Shown here piece after piece: positions 56,018 through 64,000 of a DNA stretch of 64,000 nucleotides (its first letter is position 1; the number at the start of each line of letters is the position of its first letter). The stretch is taken from positions 704,001 through 768,000 of the forward strand of contig CAVQNG010000003.1 of the NCBI GenBank assembly GCA_963713825.1, in the 5' to 3' direction. The DNA is from an uncultured Acidobacteriota bacterium. Lineage in GTDB: Bacteria; Acidobacteriota; Thermoanaerobaculia; Multivoradales; JAHEKO01. The notes beneath the pieces were generated by a model. It did no database searches and had not been told where the DNA came from. It was given only the letters and a program-made list of their open reading frames with translations. Made by a program: the position numbers and the translations under genes.

Positions 56018-57202
56018 GTGATCACCAACCCGACAGCGATCTTCGTCTATCTGACCTGCCTTCTGGGTGGCATCTTCTGGCTCAGCGGACTGCCCCGACT
56101 GAAGCGCCTCTTCAGTCTGACGCCGGCCGTCGTCTACGCCTACTTCCTGCCAGCGTTGAGCACGAGCTTCGGGGTCCTTCCTTCGAGCTCGACCACCTAC
56201 GACTGGATGGTGCGCTATCTGCTGCCGGTGAGCCTCATGCTCCTGATGACCACCGTCGACGTCAAGGCCATCCTGCGGCTCGGTGGCAAGGCGCTCATCA
56301 TGATGTTGGCGGGCTCGGTCGGGATCATTGTCGGTGGGCCGATTGCCTACGGCCTTCTGGGGCGCTCTCTACCACCCGATACCTGGATGGGGTTGGCGGC
56401 TCTGTCCGGAAGTTGGATCGGCGGCGCCCCCAACATGGTGGCCATCAAGGAAAGCGTCGGCACTCCCGATTCGGTCATGGCCCCGATCATCGTCGTCGAC
56501 ACCGTGGTGGCCTACAGCTGGATGGGCCTGCTGCTCTTCATGACCGCTTGGCAGCAGCGCTTCAACGACTGGGTCAAGGCGGACACCTCCGCGATCGACG
56601 CGTTGAACCAGAAATTGGCCATGACCGACCGTCAGCGACGACCTGCCGAGGTGCGACATCTGGCCATGATCCTGGCCCTTGGGTTCGGTGGAGCTGTCCT
56701 GGCGATCTGGGCTGGCGATCACCTGCCAGCGCTAGGCGACCCGACGATCATCAGCCATACGACCTGGTCAGTGGTCCTGGTGACCACCATGGGGCTCGCG
56801 CTGTCCTTCACCCCGGTCTCATCGGTCGAGACCTTCGGCGCCTCGCGGGTGGGCTACCTGGCGCTCTATCTGATGCTTACTGCCATCGGTGCCCAGGCCG
56901 ATCTCAAGAAGGTTCTGGAGGTGCCGCTGTACCTGGCGGTCGGTGTCTTGTGGATCTCCATCCACATTGCGGTTCTGATTTTGGTGGCCAAGCTCATTCG
57001 GGCGCCGCTGTTCTTCGTGGCCACCGGCAGCATGGCCAACATCGGTGGCCCGGTCTCGGCCCCGGTGGTGGCCTCGGTCTTTCACCCGGCGCTGGCTCCC
57101 GTGGGGGTTCTCATGGGCGTCACAGGGTACATAATAGGCATCTACGGCAGCCTTCTGTGCGCCTGGCTGCTGTCGCTCGTAGCAACCGCTTTGGGCTTCT
57201 AA
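56018..57202 (+). CDS. DUF819 family multi-pass membrane protein (putative transporter)
   Basis: LSGSWIGGAPNMVA and SMANIGGPVSAP motifs; about 11-12 TM helices; start uncertain. Confidence 0.85.
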   Translation: MITNPTAIFVYLTCLLGGIFWLSGLPRLKRLFSLTPAVVYAYFLPALSTSFGVLPSSSTTYDWMVRYLLPVSLMLLMTTVDVKAILRLGGKALIMMLAGSVGIIVGGPIAYGLLGRSLPPDTWMGLAALSGSWIGGAPNMVAIKESVGTPDSVMAPIIVVDTVVAYSWMGLLLFMTAWQQRFNDWVKADTSAIDALNQKLAMTDRQRRPAEVRHLAMILALGFGGAVLAIWAGDHLPALGDPTIISHTTWSVVLVTTMGLALSFTPVSSVETFGASRVGYLALYLMLTAIGAQADLKKVLEVPLYLAVGVLWISIHIAVLILVAKLIRAPLFFVATGSMANIGGPVSAPVVASVFHPALAPVGVLMGVTGYIIGIYGSLLCAWLLSLVATALGF

Positions 57203-57230
57203 TTCAGCTCTTCAAAAGAGGGTAAGGACA

Positions 57231-58232
57231 ATGACGATTCGCGTGATGCACGTGGGTTTGGGACCGATTGGAGTCGGAGTCTTGAAACAGGTCATGGAAA
57301 GGCCAGGATTCGAGGTCGCCACCGCGGTGGACATCGACCCAGAAAAGGCTGGCAAAGACGTCGGTGAGATTCTGGATCTCGAAGACAAGACCGGTGTCGT
57401 GGTGCAGAGCGACCTCAAAGGCGCTCTTGCAAGCCATGACGCAGATGTCGTGGCCCTTTGCACCGGTTCGACCCTGCCTGGAATCAGATCCCAGCTCGCA
57501 GCGATCCTGGCGGCAAGGCTGCCTGTCGTCTCGACGACCGAGGAGCTCTCCTTCCCGCAGTTTTCAAACGAGACACTCGCTGCGGAGATCGACGAGATGG
57601 CCCGGGAGGCAGGAGTGGCCGTTGTCGGTACCGGTGTCAATCCGGGCTTCGCCATGGACACCCTACCCGTCGTCCTGAGCGCCGCCTGCGAGCGTGTGGA
57701 CTCGGTGACCGTGGACCGGATCCAAGACGCCAGCAGTCGCCGGCTTCCCTTTCAGAGGAAGATCGGGGCCGGGCTCGAGCCGGACGACTTCCGCCAGAAG
57801 GCGGATCGCCTCGAGATCCGACACGTCGGGCTGACCGAGTCCATCGCCATGATCGCCGCCGCCTTCGGATGGGAGCTCGATCGAATCACCGACGTCATCG
57901 AGCCCAAGATCGCCGACGAGCCGGTGGCCAGCAACTTCCTCTCGGTCGAACGGGGACAGGTCGCCGGCCTGATTCAAGACGGAGTCGGGTTCCGGAATGG
58001 AGAGCCGATCATCCGGCTCCATATGGAGGCCTACCTGGGGGCTCCCGAATCCTACGATGCGGTGCGCATCGAGGGTTCGCCAGCGCTGTACTCGAAGATC
58101 GACGGAGGCATTCCAGGGGACATCGCCACGGCCTCGGTGACCGTCAACACCCTGCCCCGAGCCCTGGCGGCCCCACCAGGCCTCCACACCATGAGGGATC
58201 TTCCGATCCCCTCCTGGTGGTCAGGGGCCTAG
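57231..58232 (+). CDS. DapB-N / 2,4-diaminopentanoate dehydrogenase (Ord)-like NAD(P)-dependent dehydrogenase
   Basis: GLGPIG, STTEEL, GTGVNPGFAMD, RHVGLTES and GDIATAS motifs. Confidence 0.85.
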   Translation: MTIRVMHVGLGPIGVGVLKQVMERPGFEVATAVDIDPEKAGKDVGEILDLEDKTGVVVQSDLKGALASHDADVVALCTGSTLPGIRSQLAAILAARLPVVSTTEELSFPQFSNETLAAEIDEMAREAGVAVVGTGVNPGFAMDTLPVVLSAACERVDSVTVDRIQDASSRRLPFQRKIGAGLEPDDFRQKADRLEIRHVGLTESIAMIAAAFGWELDRITDVIEPKIADEPVASNFLSVERGQVAGLIQDGVGFRNGEPIIRLHMEAYLGAPESYDAVRIEGSPALYSKIDGGIPGDIATASVTVNTLPRALAAPPGLHTMRDLPIPSWWSGA

Positions 58233-58249
58233 ACGGATGGTCTGGGCCC

Positions 58250-58590
58250 CTGGGGTGGAGGCGTCCGGTCGTACCTCCCGGCTGATCTCTGGGGGCTTGA
58301 GGTTGAGGAGCCCGTCGTTCCTCCGGTCAGCCTTTGAGGGCTTGGGACCTGAGGCCTGGACCACCCCACCCATCCCGGCCGGCAGGGGCGCCGGCCGCTT
58401 CAAGAACTCACGCTTCAGTCTTGCCCCCTTACATCCCTATGCCCTTGAGCCCTCTAGCGGTGCTGAGAGGTTCGTTCGAGTGGTTCGCAGGCGGAAGGGC
58501 CTCTACGAGACATCGGTCCCATACCCAGGACCCAGGTCCCAAGCCCTCAAAGATCGTCCGGCGGCGAGCCGGACGCCTCAACTCCAGGAC
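58250..58590 (+). repeat. Modular palindromic intergenic element, copy 3
   Basis: Two tandem units at 58252-58346, core module 58468-58487, inverted unit 58538-58585; 58500-58540 is the inverted homolog of 48633-48673. Confidence 0.85.
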
Positions 58591-58610
58591 GGGTGGGCGG
58601 GGGGATGGGC

Positions 58611-59840
58611 TCAGCCGAAGAAGAAGTAAGTCACCAGAATGGCGGCGATGGCGCCGGCCAGGTCGGCGGCCAGGCCACAACCGACTGCGTGGCGGGTGTT
58701 GCGGATGCCCACCGAGCCGAAATAGACCGCCAGGACATAGAAGGTCGTCTCGGTGCTGCCCTGGACGACGCTCACCAATCGGCCGGCGAACGAGTCCGGG
58801 CCCATGGCCGTCATCGTCTCCAGCATCATGCCGCGCGCACCGCTACCCGACAGGGGTCGCATGAGGATGGTCGGCAAACCATCCACCCAGCGGGAGTCGA
58901 CACCGATCCCTTCGACTCCCCATCGGACGCCGGCAAGAAGCCAGTCGAGCGCCCCACTGGCCCGAAAGACCCCGATCGCCACGAGCATGGCCACCAGATA
59001 GGGGATGATGCCTACCGCCACTTTGAAGCCATCCTTGGCGCCCTCCACGAAGGTCTCGTAGAGCGGCACCCGGCGACGGGCCGCCAGGAAAAGAAATGTG
59101 ATGATGACCCCGAAGATCGCCAAGTTGGAAATCAGCGACGACTGGCGCTCCATGACCTCGCGTGGAAGGCGGGAAAAGTAGAAGACCAACGAGCCGACCG
59201 CTGCGGTCATCGCTCCCAGGTAGGCCATCACCACCGGATCCAACAGCCGCAGCTTCTGCACCGCAGCCGTGACCACCAGGCCAGCCATCGTCGAGCAGAA
59301 GGTCGCGATGATCAGGGGAATGAAGACATCCGTCGGGTCGGCCGCTCCGAGCTGTGCCCGGTAGACGAAGATCGTGATCGGGATCAAGGTCACTGCCGAG
59401 GTGTTGATCACCAGGAAGAGAATCTGGTCGTTGGTGGCGGTGTCCTTGTCGGGGTTGAGCTCCTGGAGCTCTCCCATGGCTTTGAGGCCCAAGGGAGTCG
59501 CCGCATTGTCCAGGCCCAACATATTGGCGGCCATGTTCATGACGATCGAGCCCATCGCCGGATGACCTTCGGGGATGTCCGGAAACAGCCGGCGCAGCAG
59601 CGGGCCGAAGGCCTTGGCCAGAAGGTCGACCGCCCCCCCCTTCTCCCCCAGCTTCATGATCCCCAGCCAGAGGCACATGACACCGGTCAGCCCCAGGGCG
59701 ATCTCGAAACCCGTCTTGGCCATGTCGAAAGCCGCGGTGACCATCGCCGCCCAGACTTCGTATTCACCCTGCAGTAACCAACGGCCCATGGCCACAAGGA
59801 AGGCCACGAAGAAGAAGCTGCCCCAGATCTTGTTGAGCAT
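58611..59840 (-). CDS. SpmA/SpmB fusion (nucleoside-recognition Gate domain) membrane protein
   Basis: MLNKIW, ANMLGLDNAATPLGLKAM, RPLSGSG and GSTETTFYVLAVYFG motifs. Confidence 0.92.
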   Translation of the reverse strand: MLNKIWGSFFFVAFLVAMGRWLLQGEYEVWAAMVTAAFDMAKTGFEIALGLTGVMCLWLGIMKLGEKGGAVDLLAKAFGPLLRRLFPDIPEGHPAMGSIVMNMAANMLGLDNAATPLGLKAMGELQELNPDKDTATNDQILFLVINTSAVTLIPITIFVYRAQLGAADPTDVFIPLIIATFCSTMAGLVVTAAVQKLRLLDPVVMAYLGAMTAAVGSLVFYFSRLPREVMERQSSLISNLAIFGVIITFLFLAARRRVPLYETFVEGAKDGFKVAVGIIPYLVAMLVAIGVFRASGALDWLLAGVRWGVEGIGVDSRWVDGLPTILMRPLSGSGARGMMLETMTAMGPDSFAGRLVSVVQGSTETTFYVLAVYFGSVGIRNTRHAVGCGLAADLAGAIAAILVTYFFFG

Positions 59841-59858
59841 CGGTTCTCGCCTACCCGC

Positions 59859-61079
59859 TCATCGGCCGAGCACACTCAGTGCGTTGAGTACCTGCACTGC
59901 GGCGCCATAGGCCATGCATTCTTCGTCTACGTCGAAGCTTGCCTGGTGCACAGTCGCGACGATTCCTGCCGACTCGTTGCGCACGCCGAGGACGAAGAAG
60001 GCACCTGGCACGTGGCTCAAGTAGTAAGCGAAGTCCTCGACCCCCATGTTGGGTGTGGGAAAGACGAAGACGTTCTCCTCGCCGACCAGGTCGCGCGCAT
60101 TCTCACGGACCACGTCTACCATTCGATTGTCGTTGATCAGCGGGTCATAGCTCGGCTCGATGTCCACCTCGGCCCGTCCTCCCATAGCCGCAGCCACTCC
60201 TTCCGCCGTCTCGCGCACCCGCCGCACGACGAGCTCGCGGATCGCTGGATCCAGACATCGCACCGTGCCGACGAGTCCCACGCGGTCGGCCAGGATATTG
60301 CCCTGGCTGCCGCCCTGGATCTTGCCGAAGCTGACTACGGCGCTGTCCCGCGCATCCACATTGCGACTCACCACCGTCTGCAGAGCCGTGACGACCTGGG
60401 CCGCGACGACGATCGCATCGACTCCGCCTGCCGGGTAGGCACCATGGCCCGAACGGCCATGAACGATGATGTCCACGTTGTCGGAGGAGGCATTCCTCTG
60501 ACCGTAGTGCAGTCCGAACGTTCCCACCTCGTGACTGCCATCGACATGCAATCCGAAGATGGCATCCACCGCCGGACTCTCCAGCACCCCCTCTTCGATC
60601 AGCAGCTTGGCTCCACCCACCGTTTCCTCGGCCGGCTGGAAGATGAGCTTCGCTGTGCCGGGCAACGCGTCGGCCATCCCAGAGAGGAGGCGCGCCGCCC
60701 CGAGCAGAACCGCCATGTGAACGTCGTGACCACAGGCGTGCATCTTGCCCGGAACCTGCGACCGATAGGGCACATCCTTGGCGTCCTGCAGCGGCAGGGC
60801 GTCCATGTCCGCTCGCAACGCCACCACAGGACCTTCCGAGCTGCCGCGAATGGTCCCCAGCACCCCGGTGCCACCGAGGCCATCCACATGCTCGATGCCG
60901 AGCTCGTCGAGAAGGGCCTGTATGCGCCCCGCCGTGCGGTGCTCCTCGAGACCGAGCTCAGGGTGTCGATGGAAGTCGCGCCGGATCTCACTCATCCAGG
61001 GAAGGATTTCCCTCGCCGCAGACAACAGCTCCTGCGGCGAGGGAAATGCCTGCCTGGCTGGCCCTTGGGAGGCGGTCAT
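59859..61079 (-). CDS. M20D family amidohydrolase
   Basis: RRDFHRHPEL, LRADMDALP, MHACGHD, FQPAEE and EDFAYY motifs; ATG at 61079. Confidence 0.92.
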   Translation of the reverse strand: MTASQGPARQAFPSPQELLSAAREILPWMSEIRRDFHRHPELGLEEHRTAGRIQALLDELGIEHVDGLGGTGVLGTIRGSSEGPVVALRADMDALPLQDAKDVPYRSQVPGKMHACGHDVHMAVLLGAARLLSGMADALPGTAKLIFQPAEETVGGAKLLIEEGVLESPAVDAIFGLHVDGSHEVGTFGLHYGQRNASSDNVDIIVHGRSGHGAYPAGGVDAIVVAAQVVTALQTVVSRNVDARDSAVVSFGKIQGGSQGNILADRVGLVGTVRCLDPAIRELVVRRVRETAEGVAAAMGGRAEVDIEPSYDPLINDNRMVDVVRENARDLVGEENVFVFPTPNMGVEDFAYYLSHVPGAFFVLGVRNESAGIVATVHQASFDVDEECMAYGAAVQVLNALSVLGR

Positions 61080-61213
61080 GGCCGGCAGCGTACCACGACA
61101 GATTTGCCGTCCGGGCACCCTTTCATGGTCCTGTTGCCTGTCCTTGGCAGGGCTGCGAGAATCAGCCCGTTCGACGAATCCGCTTATCGAAGTCCCACCC
61201 TTTGGGAGTGACA

Positions 61214-62308
61214 ATGCTCTTGGCGAAACGTGCTGTCTCTTGGATCGCAATTGTCTTGTTCGCCGGCACCATCTCTGGCTGCCGTTCGACTGGAACAGTC
61301 ACGGTCCCATCGACTTCTCCCCCGGGTGGGCTATCCATGATCTGGCCCGACAGCCTGCGGCCCGGCGACACCATCATGTTCGTGGCTCCAGCAGGAGATC
61401 TGGCAACAGATCTGAGAGAAGAGAGAATCCTACTGGCCAAGAGTCGGCTAGAAGCGCGCGGCTACAAGGTCGAGATGCGCAAGGACCTGTTCGATAAGGA
61501 GGGCTACCTAGCGGGCACCGACAAGCGACGCGCCAAGGAACTCATGCAAGCGTTCCTCGACCCCAACGTCAAGGCAATCTTCTCGGGACGGGGTGGTTAC
61601 GGCACCATGCGGATTCTCGACCGACTGGACTACAAGAAGATCCGAGCGAATCCCAAGATTCTCGTTGGGTTCTCCGACATCACGGGGCTACATCTGGCGC
61701 TCAACCGTCAGGCCGGCCTCGTCACGTTCCACTCGCCGACCTCCTTCTGGCGATTGGACAACGAAACCGAGGGCATGAGGCCCTTCACCCAGGAGTACCT
61801 GCTGCGCGCAGTGATCGACGACGGAGCTGCGACCAACGATGGCTACACGATCGAGATTCCCGAAGACGCCCCTCGACCGGTCGCCCTCGGTAGGGGTACG
61901 GCCCGAGGCAGACTGGCCGGCGGCAATCTGTCGATGATCTCGGCGCTCGAAGGCACGCCCTTCTCTGTCGACACACGCGACGCGATCCTGCTCCTCGAAG
62001 ACACTCGTGAAGCACCCTATCGGATCGACCGCATGCTGAAGCAGCTCGAGCTCGCCGGCAAGCTCGAGACCCTGCGGGGCGCCGTGCTCGGTCAATTCAC
62101 CCGCAACTACGACCGGGAAGAGGATCAGATGACCGAGGATCCCCGCTTTACGGTGGACGGGGTGCTGCGCCAGTACTTCGAGCCTCTCGGGATCCCTGTT
62201 CTGATGAATTACCCTGTCGGACACAGTCCCTACAACGCCACACTGCCACTCGGCGCCCAGGTCGAGATCGACGCCGACCAGGGCACGCTCCGCATCCTGC
62301 CGCACTAG
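61214..62308 (+). CDS. ldcA: LD-carboxypeptidase (S66, LdcA/MccF family), predicted lipoprotein
   Basis: RGGYG, GFSDIT, GGNL, LLED and VGH triad motifs; lipobox-like ISGC after a hydrophobic stretch; GGGAG RBS. Confidence 0.88.
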   Translation: MLLAKRAVSWIAIVLFAGTISGCRSTGTVTVPSTSPPGGLSMIWPDSLRPGDTIMFVAPAGDLATDLREERILLAKSRLEARGYKVEMRKDLFDKEGYLAGTDKRRAKELMQAFLDPNVKAIFSGRGGYGTMRILDRLDYKKIRANPKILVGFSDITGLHLALNRQAGLVTFHSPTSFWRLDNETEGMRPFTQEYLLRAVIDDGAATNDGYTIEIPEDAPRPVALGRGTARGRLAGGNLSMISALEGTPFSVDTRDAILLLEDTREAPYRIDRMLKQLELAGKLETLRGAVLGQFTRNYDREEDQMTEDPRFTVDGVLRQYFEPLGIPVLMNYPVGHSPYNATLPLGAQVEIDADQGTLRILPH

Positions 62309-62618
62309 CCAGGGTTGAGGCGGCCGTCGTTCCTCCCGGCCGATCTTTGAGGGCTTGGGGGTTGAATCGTCCGTCGCTTGCTCCGGCCGACCTTTGAGGC
62401 CGTGGGGGCCCCCCTCCCATTCCTCTAGACCCCTGGGCCCTTACGCCCCTACTGCCCTAAGCCCCTATTGCCTTCAACGGTGCCAGAGGTTCGTTCGGGT
62501 GGCTCGCCTGTGGGGTGCCGAGTCGAGCGCAGCGCAAGGGCCATCGCAGAGCACAACAGAGGAGGCGCGATGACGAGACAAGGTGGCGGCCCACCTCAAT
62601 GTAGGGGAGGGGCTTCCC

Positions 62619-63916
62619 TGTACGTTCTCACGACATAGGTAACACTCGTGTATCAGGACATCGGTAACACCTGAGGCAAGCTAGTGCCTTTAGTAGAGGA
62701 GGTGCTGGATGCCTTGGAAGGAGACCGATGTGGCGGGAGAGCGGATCGAGTTTGTGGTGCGGGCGTTGGGTGAGTCGGGTAGTTTCAGTGCCTTGTGTCG
62801 GGAGTTTGGGGTCTCTCGCAAGACGGGCTACAAGTGGCTACGGCGCTTCGAGGAGGTGGGCAGCGTGTCACGACTGGCGGAGCGCTCGCGACGGCCGCAT
62901 CACAGCCCAGGCAAGACCCCTGAGGCCCTTGAGCTGCGGGTCGCGGCCTTGCGACAGCGCTATGGCTGGGGTAGCAAGAAGCTGCAGTGCTTGCTGGCCG
63001 AGGAAGGGCTCCATCTGCCGCGGATCACGATCGATCGGATCCTGAAGCGTCGGGGCCTGGTGAGCCGCGAGCGAGCGGCGAAGCCGGCCCTGCAGCGCTT
63101 CGAGCGCTCCCAGCCCAACGAGCTCTGGCAGATGGACTTCAAGGGTGAGTATCGCCGCGGCGGGCGCCCCTGGATCTATCCCCTGAGTCTCCTGGACGAT
63201 CACAGCCGCTACTGTCTAGGGCTGTATGCCCTGAGACATCCCGATCACGACAGCGTGAAAGGCCAATTGGTACGGACCTTTGAGCGCTATGGGGTACCTG
63301 AAGCCATACTGGTCGATCACGGCACACCCTGGTGGTCTCCGGCCAATGGTCATGGCTTGACTCGCCTGAGCGTCTTTCTGGTCCGACAGGACATCCGTCT
63401 GATCTACAGCGGAATCGGTCATCCACAGACCCAGGGCAAGGTAGAGCGGTTTCATCGCACCCTGGGCGAGAGTGTGGGACGAGAGGACAAGCTCTCGAGT
63501 GTCGCGTCCTATCAGAGCCGATTTGACCGCTTTCGCCAGGAGTACAACGAGATCCGGCCCCACGAGGCGCTCGGCATGGAGCGCCCCGCAAAGCGCTACC
63601 GGCCCAGCCGTCAGCCGTACCGGCCCGAGCCATCTGAGTGGGTGTACCCACCAGGTGGTGAGGTGCGGCGGCTGAGTGCGGCCGGAGTCTTGAGCTGGGT
63701 CGGGAGACCCTACTTTGTCTGTGAGGCGCTAGCCCGGTAACCTGTCTGGTGCCGGTGCTACGGGAAACGTCTACTGGTCACCTACCGGAATCTGCAGATC
63801 CGGGATATTGACCTCGACTCAGGTCGGACCACCGCGGTGGTCCGACCTGTGGGAGACTGAAGAAGTGTTACCCATGTGGTGATACACAACCGTTACCTAT
63901 GTCCTGACACAGAACA
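62619..63916 (+). mobile_element. IS481 family insertion sequence (1298 bp)
   Basis: TGT...ACA ends; 52-bp imperfect TIRs, each with two TCAxxACATxGGTAAC subrepeats; no target duplication seen. Confidence 0.92.
62709..63860 (+). pseudogene. IS481 transposase with an in-frame TAA at 63738-63740
   Basis: MPWKE, GVSRKTGYKW, WQMDFKG, LDDHSRY and PQTQGKVERFH motifs; the frame continues 39 sense codons past the TAA to TGA 63860, next to the right TIR. Confidence 0.8.
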
Positions 63917-64000
63917 CGCAAGGGGCTCCCCTACAAAGCCGACGCCGTCCCCCTGCGGACCACCCGGACGGGCCTCAACGAGATCGCGGCTATTTGCCGG

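Larger units (their letters stand above)
62311..63976 (+). repeat. Modular palindromic intergenic element, copy 4, interrupted by a REP pair and IS481
   Basis: Two tandem units at 62311-62407, core 62487-62506; homology to copy 1 resumes at about 63937 after the IS. Confidence 0.85.

Overview
High-GC bacterial chromosome segment, probably Acidobacteriota (inferred from the Oar-type TonB receptor and the style of the housekeeping genes; not verified). (1) 1-15.3 kb: an anaerobic purine/pyrimidine catabolism cluster. It has dihydropyrimidinase/HyuA, a fused 2Fe-2S/Mo xanthine-dehydrogenase-type hydroxylase, SsnA, carbamate kinase, YgeW and a shortened YgfK. It also has two PLP enzymes and a second, atypical ATCase-like carbamoyltransferase. 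(2) 15-31 kb: accessory genes, namely a voltage-sensor-only membrane protein, a degenerate beta-lactamase-fold protein, DUF2891, ClC, OsmC, M14 peptidase, GT87, SCP2 and Lhr. (3) 31.7-50.5 kb: core genes, namely mreBCD-mrdA-rodA-rng followed by a Kdo-kinase/glycoside-hydrolase fusion, ppiD, ruvAB, a lipid kinase, an acyl-CoA ligase and a radical SAM protein. (4) 50.6-62.3 kb: a probable peptidoglycan-scavenging locus (alr, TonB receptor, murQ, DUF819, Ord-like dehydrogenase, SpmAB, M20, lipoprotein LD-carboxypeptidase). (5) An IS481 element sitting between two GTAG-REP halves. Features missing from the ORF track include four related modular palindromic intergenic elements, a MITE between rodA and rng, two collapsed pseudogenes (Fpg/Nei, DUF4097) and a CTG start for mreC. 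No rRNA, tRNA or CRISPR array was recognised. All calls come from reading motifs by eye; no searches were run.
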